The notes under the pieces were generated by a model, which was given only the letters and a program-made list of their open reading frames with translations, had not been told where the DNA came from and did no database searches. From the NCBI GenBank assembly GCA_963827665.1, contig CAWHBQ010000007.1, positions 6,401 through 70,400 on the forward strand: a stretch of 64,000 nucleotides of DNA, in the 5' to 3' direction. The stretch comes from an uncultured Oscillospiraceae bacterium. GTDB lineage: Bacteria > Bacillota > Clostridia > Saccharofermentanales > UBA5734. Position numbers and translations under genes: made by a program. This document shows, piece by piece, positions 46,476 to 55,972 of the stretch; the first letter of the stretch is position 1; every line of letters starts with the position of its first letter.

Positions 46476-47722
46476 GTCCGGCCAATGTCCCTGCGATAGT
46501 GGGCATCCTGAAAAGAAATCCGCTCGACATCCTGGTAAGCCAGGTCAATTGCTTCATCGAGGTTGGCGGCCAGGGCTGTCACACCCAATACGCGGCCACC
46601 GGCCGTGACAACCGCTTGATTTTCGCGGCGTGTCCCGGCATGGAATACGATGCTGTTCTCAACCGTGTCAAGTCCGTGGATCGGGTAACCAGTCTGGTAT
46701 TTTCCCGGGTAACCACCGGAAGCCATGACGACACAACAGGCACACCCTGTTTTCCATTTCAGTTCGATCTGGTCCAGACAGCCATCGATTACGGCATCGC
46801 ATATTTCGGTCAAGTCTGTTTCCAGAAGCGGCAGGACAACCTGTGCTTCCGGGTCGCCAAAACGGGCATTGTATTCAATGACTTTTGGCCCTTGCGGGGT
46901 CAGCATCAAGCCATAATAGATGACGCCTTTGAATGGGCAGCCTTCTGCCGCCATCGCCTGGATTGTCGGTTTGAAGATCGTTTCAAGCATTTCTTCCTGC
47001 TGCGCAATCGTCAGGTCTGCGCCGGGGGCAATCGTTCCCATGCCGCCGGTATTGGGGCCCTGGTCATGGTCGAAGGCCCGTTTATGGTCACGCGAGGAAA
47101 CCATCGGCAAGACCGTCTTGCCGTCGGCAAATGCGAGGACAGTCAGTTCCGGCCCGGTCAGGAAAGATTCAATGACAACCCGGCTGCCAGCCTGGCCGAA
47201 AGCATTGCCTTCGAGCATATCGCGGATTGCAGCTTCAGCTTCCTGGCTGGTCTGGGCAATGATCACACCTTTGCCAAGTGCCAGGCCATCCGCTTTGATG
47301 ACGATCGGCAAATCGCAGTTGGCGAGGTGGGCCAAAGCCGGTTCAACTAAATCGAAGACCGCATAGTCAGCGGTCGGGATCCGGTATCGCCGCATCAGAT
47401 CCTTGGCGAAAGATTTGCTCGCTTCGAGGCGAGCTGCAGCTTTGGTCGGTCCGAAAGCCCGCAGACCGGCAGCGGTCAAAGCATCGACAAGACCCATGGC
47501 CAGCGGATCGTCCGGAGCGACAAAGATCAAGTCGAACTTCTCGCGGCTGGCAAACTCAACCAGGGCGTCGATCTCAGTCGCCTTGATCGGGACGCAGGTT
47601 GCAAGTTCTGCTATGCCGGCATTGCCCGGGGTGCAGAACAGTTGGCTGACTCTGGGACTCTGCTTGAATTTCCAGGCGATGGCGTGTTCGCGCCCACCGC
47701 CGCCGACAATCATGACTTTCAT
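46472..47722 (-). CDS. purD: Phosphoribosylamine--glycine ligase
   Basis: MKVMIVGGGGREHAIAWK..., the ATP-grasp region, and GGRVLGVTA. ATGA overlap with nadD::yqeK. Confidence 0.92.
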   Translation of the reverse strand: MKVMIVGGGGREHAIAWKFKQSPRVSQLFCTPGNAGIAELATCVPIKATEIDALVEFASREKFDLIFVAPDDPLAMGLVDALTAAGLRAFGPTKAAARLEASKSFAKDLMRRYRIPTADYAVFDLVEPALAHLANCDLPIVIKADGLALGKGVIIAQTSQEAEAAIRDMLEGNAFGQAGSRVVIESFLTGPELTVLAFADGKTVLPMVSSRDHKRAFDHDQGPNTGGMGTIAPGADLTIAQQEEMLETIFKPTIQAMAAEGCPFKGVIYYGLMLTPQGPKVIEYNARFGDPEAQVVLPLLETDLTEICDAVIDGCLDQIELKWKTGCACCVVMASGGYPGKYQTGYPIHGLDTVENSIVFHAGTRRENQAVVTAGGRVLGVTALAANLDEAIDLAYQDVERISFQDAHYRRDIGRT

Positions 47723-47741
47723 GAAATCTCAATACCTCTTC

Positions 47742-47787
47742 ACTGGTTCTTTGACTCTGGTTCTTTGACTCTGGTTCTTTGATGCTG
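47742..47787. repeat. 14-nt tandem repeat (about 3.3 copies) in the purH-purD spacer
   Basis: ctggttctttgact ctggttctttgact ctggttctttgatg ctgg, read directly. Two exact units, then a third with 2 changes. Confidence 0.85.
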
Positions 47788-47808
47788 GAAGTTTTATATG
47801 GTTCCTGC

Positions 47809-49353
47809 TTAATGGCGGAAATGGCGCATGCCGGTGAAAACCATCGGTATTTTCGCTTTGTTGCAGGCATCGATTGATTCCTGGTCACGCATTGAACCAC
47901 CGGGCTGGATGATCGCTGCAATGCCTGCTTCGGCCGCGGCATCAACTGTATCGGCAAATGGGAAAAACGCATCTGAGCCAAGGATGGCCCCCTGGGCTTT
48001 GGCCCCGGCATTTTTGATCGCAATGCCAGCAGAAGTGATCCGGTTGGGCTGTCCAGGACCGATCCCGACCGTCTGGAGATTTTTAACCAGCACAATCGCA
48101 TTGGACTTGACGTGTTTGACGACTTTCATTGCAAAGACCAGGTCAGCCTGGTCAGCATCAGAAGGTACTGCTTCGGTGACCACTTTCCAGCCATCGTCAG
48201 CCAGGACCTGGGTGTCCTGATCCTGGATCAGGATACCACCATAGACCTGTTTGACCATCTGTTCGCCGGCATGAATCGGCGAGGCCACAGCCGGCAACCG
48301 CAGCAGGCGCAGGTTTTTCTTTTTGGTCAGGACTTCGAGTGCGTCCTGGTCATAATCCGGAGCAATGATGACCTCCAGGAAGACATCTTTCATCGCAAGG
48401 GCAACTTCTTCTGTGACCGGGCGGTTCAGGGCAACAATGCCACCGTAAATCGAAACCTGGTCAGCCTCAAAGGCTTTGGTCCAGGCATCGAGCAGCTGAT
48501 CGGCACTGCCGACACCGCATGGATTGGCATGCTTGACTGCAACGACAGTCGGTTCAGTGAACTCCTTGAGCAGCGCGATCGCAGCATCGGTGTCGGCGAT
48601 ATTGTTGTAGGAAAGCTCTTTACCGCCAAGTTGCTCTGCCTCAGTCAGCGAACCGGCTTTGGGCAATGCATCGCGGTAGAAAGCCGCTTGCTGGTGTGGA
48701 TTTTCACCATAACGCAGTCCACTGACCCGTTCATAGGTCAAGGTCAGCAGCTCAGGCAACTCGGCATCTTCAGACTGGCCAAGAAAATACTGGGCGATCA
48801 GGGCGTCGTAGGCTGCTGTGTGTTCAAACACTTTCCTGGCCAAGGCGAAGCGCGTCGAAAGTTTCGTCTGGCCTTCCGCTTTGATTTCCGCCAGCACCTG
48901 GGCATAATCAGCCGGATCAACCAGGACAGTCACGTCGTGATGGTTCTTGGCAGCCGCCCGCAGCATGCTAGGACCACCGATATCGATGTTTTCGATACAT
49001 TCCTCGACTGAAACACCGGGTTTCTGGATGGTCTGCTTGAACGGATAGAGGTTGATAATCACCAGGTCGATCGGTGTGATCTCCAGCTGGGAAATGGTTT
49101 TCATATGGTCCTGATTGCCGCGGATAGCCAGGATTCCGCCATGGATCTTGGGATGCAATGTCTTCACCCGACCATCCAGGCATTCCGGGAAGCCGGTGAT
49201 TTCCGAGACATTGACAACCGGTATGCCGGCCCGGACCAGCGCGTTGGCTGTCCCGCCAGTTGAAACCAGCTCAATCCCGAGCTGATGCAGTTCTGTGGCC
49301 AATTCCAAAAGGCCTGCCTTGTCCGATACGCTGATCAGTGCACGTTTCATCAT
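47809..49353 (-). CDS. purH: Bifunctional AICAR transformylase / IMP cyclohydrolase
   Basis: [19 protein letters not shown]...GGTA..., [16 protein letters not shown]-terminal [23 protein letters not shown] before ATG 49353. Confidence 0.92.
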   Translation of the reverse strand: MMKRALISVSDKAGLLELATELHQLGIELVSTGGTANALVRAGIPVVNVSEITGFPECLDGRVKTLHPKIHGGILAIRGNQDHMKTISQLEITPIDLVIINLYPFKQTIQKPGVSVEECIENIDIGGPSMLRAAAKNHHDVTVLVDPADYAQVLAEIKAEGQTKLSTRFALARKVFEHTAAYDALIAQYFLGQSEDAELPELLTLTYERVSGLRYGENPHQQAAFYRDALPKAGSLTEAEQLGGKELSYNNIADTDAAIALLKEFTEPTVVAVKHANPCGVGSADQLLDAWTKAFEADQVSIYGGIVALNRPVTEEVALAMKDVFLEVIIAPDYDQDALEVLTKKKNLRLLRLPAVASPIHAGEQMVKQVYGGILIQDQDTQVLADDGWKVVTEAVPSDADQADLVFAMKVVKHVKSNAIVLVKNLQTVGIGPGQPNRITSAGIAIKNAGAKAQGAILGSDAFFPFADTVDAAAEAGIAAIIQPGGSMRDQESIDACNKAKIPMVFTGMRHFRH

Positions 49354-49420
49354 TTTAGTAACCTCCAAATGATTGAACCTATTGATTGAACAATGTGATT
49401 GTGTTTTCTTGGATTGACGT

Positions 49421-50077
49421 TTATTGATGCTGTCCGCTGTCTGGAGCAGCTGGTTCTGTGATGATTGTCCGCCGGCCTTCAATCCTGACCTGTCCTGCTG
49501 CAATCAGGCTGATCGCCCGTGGCAGGATGATTTGCTCTGCTTCCCGCATGACCCGCTGCTGGAGAATTTCCGGTGTATCATCCGGCATAATGTCGACAGC
49601 CTTCTGCAGCAGCACAGGACCCTCATCGTAATGCTCATCGACAAAATGGACTGTCGCACCGGTGACTTTGACCCCGTATTCCAGGGCCGCAATGTGGGGC
49701 TTGAGGCCATAAAGACCAGGCCCGCAAAAAGACGGGACAAGTGATGGATGAACATTGATGATCCGGTGTCTGTAAGCTGCGACCAAACCCGGGCCGAGCA
49801 GGCTCAGGAAACCCGCCAGGACAATGAGCTGGACATCATAGGGTGACAGCGCGGACAGCATGGCATTGTCATATGCTGCAAGATCGGGATATTCAGCTCG
49901 GCGGATGACAACGCAGGGTATACCAGCCTTCTCAGCACGAACTTGGGCGAAGGCACCTGGCTTGGAAGCGATGACACAGGCGATTTTTATTCTGGCAAGC
50001 TGACCTGACTCGATCTGGTCGATGATCGCCTGCAGGTTGGTCCCGCCGCCGGATACGAAAACTGCGATTCTGAACAT
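49421..50077 (-). CDS. purN: Phosphoribosylglycinamide formyltransferase
   Basis: [20 protein letters not shown]..., [26 protein letters not shown]. Confidence 0.88.
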   Translation of the reverse strand: MFRIAVFVSGGGTNLQAIIDQIESGQLARIKIACVIASKPGAFAQVRAEKAGIPCVVIRRAEYPDLAAYDNAMLSALSPYDVQLIVLAGFLSLLGPGLVAAYRHRIINVHPSLVPSFCGPGLYGLKPHIAALEYGVKVTGATVHFVDEHYDEGPVLLQKAVDIMPDDTPEILQQRVMREAEQIILPRAISLIAAGQVRIEGRRTIITEPAAPDSGQHQ

Positions 50078-50084
50078 GTCCTGT

Positions 50085-51518
50085 TTACCGCTGTCCCGGC
50101 CGGCCAAAAAACCAGTCCGGATCGATTTTGCGGATGCTGGACTGAAGGACCGGTGACAGGGCCACCGGATAATTCCCGTCAAAGCAAGCCGTGCAATGGA
50201 TTTTCCGGTCGGCGCAAGCCCGCTGTAATCCAGGCAGGCTCAGGTAGCCAAGGCTGTCTGCACCGATATGTTCTGCAAGTTCAGACAACGTCAGTTCACA
50301 GGCAGTCAAATCATGTTGTCCTGGTGTCTCAACACCGTAAAGGCATGGATACTGTAGAGGCGGTGAGGCAATCCGCATATGGACTTCCCGGGCGCCAGCC
50401 TTGCGCAGCAAGCTGATCACATGGCGGGTGGTCGTGCCACGGACAATCGAATCGTCGACCAAGACAATCGAACGGTCTTTGACAGCTTCTGCCAGAGCTG
50501 TAAATTTCAAGCTGACCAGCAGTTCACGGTGCAGCTGGTCCGGCTGCAGGAAGGTGCGGCCGACATAGCGGTTTTTCAGCAGGCCGCTGCCGTGCTGGAT
50601 CCCTGTTTCCTGGGCATAACCGATTGAAGCAGCCAGACCTGAATCCGGTGCACCGATCACAAGGTCGGCCGAACAGGGATGTTCCTTGGCCAGTTGAACG
50701 CCGGCAGCGACGCGGGTGGCAAACACATTGGCCTCGTCGATGACACTGTCGGGACGGGCAAAATAGACATATTCAAAGAGGCAGGTATGGCAAGGCTTAT
50801 CTTCCGCCATGGTTGAGGTGTGCAAGCCATCGGCGGTCAGGCTGACGATTTCACCTGGTTTGACGTCACGCAGGAATTGGCCATCGACTGCATCAATCGC
50901 ACAACTCTCGGAGGACAGCAGATACGTATCCTGGGTTTTACCGATACAAAGCGGGCGAATGCCATGAGGGTCTCGCATGCCGACGACACGGTCCCTGGTC
51001 ATCAAGACCATGGCATACGCCCCTTGTAATTCGGCCATCATGGCGCGAAGTGCAGTTTCAAGATTGTCATTGAGCACTTGGTGGCGGGCCAGCAGGGCAA
51101 GTATGATTTCGGAGTCTGCCCTGGACTGGAAAATGGCTCCTTGTTCCTGGAGTTGGCTGCGCAGTTCGGCAGCATTGGTCAAGGCGCCGTTGAAAGCCAG
51201 GGCAATCTGGCCGCGTCGTGATTTGATCAGCATCGGCTGGGCACTTTCCAGGCTCGAATCCTGGGCTGATGGATACCGGACATGTCCGATCGCCGCATGA
51301 CCCTTGAGGACCTGGATGGCGACTTCATCAAAGCCCTCGGTCACCAGGCCTTTCCGGCGTTGGCAGAGCAAGGCGCCCTGCTGGTTGACCGCAATGCCAG
51401 CGCTGTCTTCGCCACGGTGCTGCAAGGCAAAAAGACCGAGAAAGAGTATGCGGGCAGCATCATTGCGTTGGGCTGACGGGTCAAGCGCGGCAAAAACGCC
51501 ACATTCATCATGTATCAC
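50085..51518 (-). CDS. purF: Amidophosphoribosyltransferase
   Basis: GTG start with GGAGG 7 nt upstream. N-terminal HDECGVFA (Ntn Cys), VLVDDSIVRGTT PRPP motif and a C-terminal Cys cluster. Confidence 0.92.
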   Translation of the reverse strand: MIHDECGVFAALDPSAQRNDAARILFLGLFALQHRGEDSAGIAVNQQGALLCQRRKGLVTEGFDEVAIQVLKGHAAIGHVRYPSAQDSSLESAQPMLIKSRRGQIALAFNGALTNAAELRSQLQEQGAIFQSRADSEIILALLARHQVLNDNLETALRAMMAELQGAYAMVLMTRDRVVGMRDPHGIRPLCIGKTQDTYLLSSESCAIDAVDGQFLRDVKPGEIVSLTADGLHTSTMAEDKPCHTCLFEYVYFARPDSVIDEANVFATRVAAGVQLAKEHPCSADLVIGAPDSGLAASIGYAQETGIQHGSGLLKNRYVGRTFLQPDQLHRELLVSLKFTALAEAVKDRSIVLVDDSIVRGTTTRHVISLLRKAGAREVHMRIASPPLQYPCLYGVETPGQHDLTACELTLSELAEHIGADSLGYLSLPGLQRACADRKIHCTACFDGNYPVALSPVLQSSIRKIDPDWFFGRPGQR

Positions 51519-51536
51519 GACGATTCCTCCGTCAGG

Positions 51537-52037
51537 TTATAGTTTAGCCAGTTTGTCCTGGAGTTTCAGATCGCGGGCGGCAACAGCTTCAGCTAAAGCG
51601 ACTTTATGGGCATCAAGCCGGGTGACCAGCGCGGGATCGCCAAGGCTTAAGATCTGGACAGCAAGGATCGCCGCGTTCGCCGCACCGTCGATCGCGACGG
51701 TCGCGACCGGAATGCCGGCAGGCATCTGGACAATTGCATACAAGGCATCCTGTCCATTGAGAGCACCGCCTTTGATCGGCACACCGATGACAGGCAATGT
51801 TGTAAATGCAGCGAGCACTCCCGGCAGATGGGCCGCAAGTCCGGCTGCTGCGATGATCACGCCGTATCCCTGCGCGGTAGCACCCTTGGCCAGTTCAGCA
51901 GCTCGCTCCGGTGTGCGGTGGGCCGAACAGACTGTCGCGTCGAAGCTCACGCCAAAATCCCTTAAAGTTTTGAAGCAGGCTTCCATGACTGGAAAATCCG
52001 AATCTGAACCCATGACCACGAGAACTCGTTTTGGCAT
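51537..52037 (-). CDS. purE: N5-carboxyaminoimidazole ribonucleotide mutase
   Basis: [18 protein letters not shown]...SAHRTPE...[23 protein letters not shown]. Confidence 0.9.
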   Translation of the reverse strand: MPKRVLVVMGSDSDFPVMEACFKTLRDFGVSFDATVCSAHRTPERAAELAKGATAQGYGVIIAAAGLAAHLPGVLAAFTTLPVIGVPIKGGALNGQDALYAIVQMPAGIPVATVAIDGAANAAILAVQILSLGDPALVTRLDAHKVALAEAVAARDLKLQDKLAKL

Positions 52038-52197
52038 TGACAATCTCCTTTGACGGAACAATCAAGTGATGAAAAATGTTCGCTGTTCTGATCGAAACTC
52101 CATCACCGAACTTTTGGCGAAAAGTTGTTACAAGTGTAGCAAGGGTCCTGAGGTTCGTCAATTCAAAGCATCGACAATTGCAGCCACAATTCAGGCG

Positions 52198-52974
52198 CTA
52201 TGGAACGGCCGTCTCTGTTTCGGGCTGGTCCGGAACGGCTTTGATGATCTGTGGATCGTAGGATGGTTCCAGATGTTGTCCGGGAAGGACCAGCTGGAAC
52301 CGGGCAGGATCCCAGGGTGAATGGACAAGTTCCCTGAACAAGCGCAGGGTCCCCTTCTGTTCGTCGCTTGTCCAGCCCAGATCACTTGCACTTTCCACAG
52401 TGAATTGCTTTAACTCATCCCATCGTCCGGCTGCCCATTCAAGTTCTGGTTCCAGGATCAGGCAGGCCTGCTGATATTCATGAATCCAGCGCCATTCTTC
52501 TTCAATCAGATAGTCGGCTGTATCGGGGTCTTCATAGGTGTCCAGGAATTGGCTGCGTTTTTCTGCCAATCGCTGCACACTCGGCAAACTGCCAGTTTCG
52601 TACCAGCCTTGGCTGAACCAGTATGTTCCGGGATGATCATCAAAATATTGCTGATAGTGTTCTTTTGACCCCAGTAATAAAGTGATGCAATCATGGGCCC
52701 GTGGCACAACCAGCACAGCGTGACGGGTTTTCAAGCCGACAATGCCATTTGAACACAGACCATAACCCAGCAGAATAAAGTCGTACTGGTTATCCAGTTC
52801 ATCGATTTTAGCCTGGAGAAGCTGCTGGAGTCGGCTGGGTTGATCATGCAGGCCCTGTTCCAGGTAGATGGGCATGATTTTCAGGTTGGAATCAACCATG
52901 GCGGCTGCCAGTTCACGCCAGATGAGGTGGCAGGCGATCAAAACAGCTGTCTTTTGCCCCCCGAAATTGCCCAT
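52198..52974 (-). CDS. DUF1638-like protein of unknown function, translationally coupled to larC
   Basis: 258 aa. VLIACHLIWRELA, PIYLEQGLHDQPSRL, FILLGYGLCSNG, LVVPRAHDCITLLLGS match my memory of DUF1638. ATG lies 2 nt after the larC TGA. Confidence 0.65.
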   Translation of the reverse strand: MGNFGGQKTAVLIACHLIWRELAAAMVDSNLKIMPIYLEQGLHDQPSRLQQLLQAKIDELDNQYDFILLGYGLCSNGIVGLKTRHAVLVVPRAHDCITLLLGSKEHYQQYFDDHPGTYWFSQGWYETGSLPSVQRLAEKRSQFLDTYEDPDTADYLIEEEWRWIHEYQQACLILEPELEWAAGRWDELKQFTVESASDLGWTSDEQKGTLRLFRELVHSPWDPARFQLVLPGQHLEPSYDPQIIKAVPDQPETETAVP

Positions 52975-52976
52975 CT

Positions 52977-54428
52977 TCAGTCGGCCTGTCCGGCCAATTG
53001 CATAACCATCTGCTTTGCCTCTTCGAGACTGATGTTGCGATGCCTGGCCAGATCAGCCAGATCATCATATTCGGGATAGGTGCGGCTGATATCTTGCCAG
53101 CGTACTGTTTTCAGCCGGATTGATCCATCCGGGAGTTCAACCGATGAAAATGATCGCTGCATGACATGGCGGTCAATCTGCTCGCGGCGTATACCGATTG
53201 TCCCAGTCTGGGCAAACAGGATTGTGACAATTGTTTTTTCGAGCTCAGAAACTGCCACGACGGTCAATAATTGACCGGGACGATTCTTCTTCATCAGGAT
53301 TGGACTATAAGTGACGTCTGCAACACCTGCCTCAAGTAACAACTGGGCCACATAGCCGAGCTGTTCTGGGGTCGTGTTGTCAATATGACAGGACAAAAGG
53401 ACAATTTGGTCCATTTCAGCAGGATCGAAATCCTGATGACCTGAAGATCTTTTTGCAGTTGAAGCTGAAACGTATTCTTCCGTTTGGCTGGCGATATTGG
53501 CGGAAACTTCACCCAGGATCACCCGTAGCGCATTCAGGCGGCCAATTTCACGCTGGCCAAAGCCATAACCGACTTTCAGGCGCTTCATAGCCGGTAAAGG
53601 CCCGAAGCTTGTGGCAAAAGTCTTGGCCAGGCCAAGCCCGGTAGGCGTGACCAATTCGGTGTTACTGGTGCCAGTCACATAGGGGATATCCGTGTTTTCG
53701 AGCATTTTCATCACGGCTGGAACAGGAACAGGCATCATGCCGTGCTGGCATTTGATCGTCCCGGAGCCGTCAGCGATCGGCGATACGACGACTTGGCCGA
53801 CTTGGAGATAATCCAGCGCCAGGGCAGCACCGACAATGTCGATGATCGAATCGATTGCGCCGACTTCATGGAAATGAACTTGATCTAGATGAACACCATG
53901 TACAGCAGCTTCGGCAACACCAATTTCGCGAAAAACTGCCTGTGCCTGCCGTTTGACAGACTGACTCAAGGGCGCTGAATCAATCAGGACTTTGATATCG
54001 GCGTAAGTCCGGCCATGGACATGCAAATACTCATGGCGGCTGTCGAGGTAATGTTTGTGTTCATGGACCTGGCTGTGGTGATGCTCATGGTCGTGGCCGT
54101 GATTGTGATTGTGATTATGATTATGGTCATGATCGTGTTCATGGTCGTGGTCATGGTCGTGTTCATGGTCGTGGTCGTGTTTATGGCTATGGCCTGGGCC
54201 AAGCGGTGATTGGCTATGATGGTTATCCAGATGTACCTGGAAAGAGGTGCCAAGGATGCCGCTGCGGGTGATCTTTTCAACGTGGAGGTGGTATTCGCTG
54301 GACAAGCCGAGTTTGGCCAAACCTTGCTCGATCAGGTCGAGTGGAACACCGAGGTCCAGGAGGGCGCCCAGAAACATGTCGCCACTGATGCCAGAAAAGC
54401 AATCCAGGTAGAGGATTTTATCATTCAT
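52977..54428 (-). CDS. larC: Nickel-pincer cofactor biosynthesis protein LarC (nickel insertion, DUF111)
   Basis: MNDKILYLDCFSGISGDMFLGALLDLG N-terminus and HFHEVGAIDSIIDIVG. Single uninterrupted 483-aa ORF with a long His-rich insert. Confidence 0.85.
   Translation of the reverse strand: MNDKILYLDCFSGISGDMFLGALLDLGVPLDLIEQGLAKLGLSSEYHLHVEKITRSGILGTSFQVHLDNHHSQSPLGPGHSHKHDHDHEHDHDHDHEHDHDHNHNHNHNHGHDHEHHHSQVHEHKHYLDSRHEYLHVHGRTYADIKVLIDSAPLSQSVKRQAQAVFREIGVAEAAVHGVHLDQVHFHEVGAIDSIIDIVGAALALDYLQVGQVVVSPIADGSGTIKCQHGMMPVPVPAVMKMLENTDIPYVTGTSNTELVTPTGLGLAKTFATSFGPLPAMKRLKVGYGFGQREIGRLNALRVILGEVSANIASQTEEYVSASTAKRSSGHQDFDPAEMDQIVLLSCHIDNTTPEQLGYVAQLLLEAGVADVTYSPILMKKNRPGQLLTVVAVSELEKTIVTILFAQTGTIGIRREQIDRHVMQRSFSSVELPDGSIRLKTVRWQDISRTYPEYDDLADLARHRNISLEEAKQMVMQLAGQAD
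54051..54224 (-). repeat. His-Asp/His-Asn/His-Glu dipeptide-repeat coding tract inside larC
   Basis: Encodes HHSQSPLGPGHSHKHDHDHEHDHDHDHEHDHDHNHNHNHNHGHDHEHHHSQVHEHKH. The DNA is a degenerate (CAY-GAY/AAY)n repeat. Confidence 0.85.
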
Positions 54429-55129
54429 TGTCTTTCCATCGCTTCCCTGACCCGCTGGTCAATCTGGCGGCAGATGGTCGCGGCCATATAGCCAGCGCCA
54501 AAACCATTGCCGATATTGTGGACGGCGACACCGCTGGCACACGAGTTGATCATCGCCAGCAGGGTCGTGACACCGCCAAAGTTTGCGCCATAACCAACAC
54601 CAGACGGAACAGCCAGGACAGGCTTGTCAACAAGGCCGCCCAGGACACTGACCAATGCGCCCTCCATACCGGCAACAGCGATGATGACGTCAGCCTGGCG
54701 AATATCGTCAATAACGGCCAACAGGCGATGCAGACCTGCAACACCAACATCGGAGAATCGACTGACTTTTGTGCCCAGTGCTTCAGCTGTCAACGCAGCT
54801 TCTTCGGCAACTGGCTGGTCTGCAGTTCCAGCCGAAACAACCGCAACATGACCAATTGTCCGGGTGTGGAAACGCCGGACTGTGATCACGCGAGCCCGAG
54901 CCGTATAAACGGCATCGGGCGCGATCGCCTGGATGGCTTCAAAATGCTCGAGATCGGCGCGTGTGGCAAGCAGGTTGTCCTGGTGGTTCAGGATGCTGGT
55001 TGTGATCTGGGCGACCTGTTCGGGGGTCTTCCCTTCACAGAATACAACTTCGGCAAAACCATTGCGCACTTTGCGCGAATGGTCTACTTTGGCAAAACCG
55101 AGATCTTCATACTGGTCAAGATCACTCAT
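54425..55129 (-). CDS. larB: LarB (pyridinium-3,5-biscarboxylic acid mononucleotide synthase, AIR-carboxylase-like)
   Basis: DLGFAKVDHSRKVRNGFAEVVFCEGKT..., VVSAGTADQPVAEEA, IIAVAGMEGAL. ATGA overlap with larC. Confidence 0.85.
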   Translation of the reverse strand: MSDLDQYEDLGFAKVDHSRKVRNGFAEVVFCEGKTPEQVAQITTSILNHQDNLLATRADLEHFEAIQAIAPDAVYTARARVITVRRFHTRTIGHVAVVSAGTADQPVAEEAALTAEALGTKVSRFSDVGVAGLHRLLAVIDDIRQADVIIAVAGMEGALVSVLGGLVDKPVLAVPSGVGYGANFGGVTTLLAMINSCASGVAVHNIGNGFGAGYMAATICRQIDQRVREAMERQ

Positions 55130-55144
55130 CGGTCATCGTCCTTT

Positions 55145-55972
55145 TCAATCAAGCTGGTTCATGCTGCCTGAGTGATAGCCGTAAAGGTCAAGTGTACAAT
55201 ACTTGAAGCCTGCGGACTTCAGGCACTCTCTCAATGTTTCGATCATAGCGGCGTCAAGACCTTTTGCCAGTTGGCCGGGGTCGAGTTCAACCCTGGCCAG
55301 ATCGCCGTGGTCGCGGACCCGGACCTGGACCAGTCCCCGACGGCGCAGCAATGACTCTGCACGGTCAATCCGATCCATCGCTTCCCGCGTAATGGCCGTA
55401 TATGTGGGAATGCGGGTTGCCAGACAGGCCATGGCCGGTTTGGCAGCATAGTCCGGACACAAGGTCCTGGCCAGCTCGCGGATATCGGCTTTGGTCAGTC
55501 CTGCCTGGGCCAGCGGGCTGATGATCTTCATTTCACGAAGTGCCTGCAGGCCAGGCCGATAATCGCCGAGGTCATCGACGTTGGTGCCATCGCAAAGCAC
55601 TGTGAAGCCAGCCTGGCTGGCTTCAGCCAGAAGGGTGTTGAAAATGATCTTTTTGCAGTGATAGCATCGGTCTGGCGGATTGTCGCTGAAGGGCGGCAAG
55701 TCCAGGATGCTGTCAGGCAAATGGATCACCCGGTGACTGATTCCGGCAATTCTTGCGACATCGTCGGCATCCTGCCGGTCATCTTCGGGCACCATCGGGG
55801 CGGCTGCGATTACGGCTAGAACATTGTCTGCACCAAGGATCCGGGCCGCAGCGACAGCCAGTACCGTGCTGTCGACTCCGCCCGAGCAGGCAATGGCGAT
55901 TCGCTGCAAGGGTTCAAGGACCGACGTCAAGGCTTGCATCAGCTGGTTATAGTCCCTTTGTCCTGCAGTCAT
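55145..55972 (-). CDS. larE: LarE (ATP-dependent sulfur transferase, PP-loop)
   Basis: IACSGGVDSTVL PP-loop, DRCYHCKK and PAMACLATRIP Cys motifs. Its ATG shares one nt with the prfB TAA (TAATG). Confidence 0.85.
   Translation of the reverse strand: MTAGQRDYNQLMQALTSVLEPLQRIAIACSGGVDSTVLAVAAARILGADNVLAVIAAAPMVPEDDRQDADDVARIAGISHRVIHLPDSILDLPPFSDNPPDRCYHCKKIIFNTLLAEASQAGFTVLCDGTNVDDLGDYRPGLQALREMKIISPLAQAGLTKADIRELARTLCPDYAAKPAMACLATRIPTYTAITREAMDRIDRAESLLRRRGLVQVRVRDHGDLARVELDPGQLAKGLDAAMIETLRECLKSAGFKYCTLDLYGYHSGSMNQLD

Noticed and set aside
49354-49420. Short direct repeat tgattgaac x2 in the purN-purH spacer.
   Set aside because: It is only 9 nt, imperfect in context and AT-rich. It is likely chance or part of the RBS region.
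52038-52197. Purine riboswitch or PurR operator upstream of purE.
   Set aside because: No guanine/adenine-riboswitch-like three-way junction was seen. A 13-mer ATCACCGAACTTT (52102-52114) matches the Bacillus PurBox AWWWCCGAACWWT at 12 of 13 positions and sits in a 7-bp inverted repeat. However, I found no properly spaced inverted partner box, so it is too weak to call.
54015-54280. Repetitive DNA that could be mistaken for a CRISPR or VNTR array, and ORFs encoding poly-V/M or poly-T/I strings.
   Set aside because: It is the His-codon dipeptide repeat inside larC read in other frames or on the other strand. It has no spacer/repeat architecture and no cas genes.
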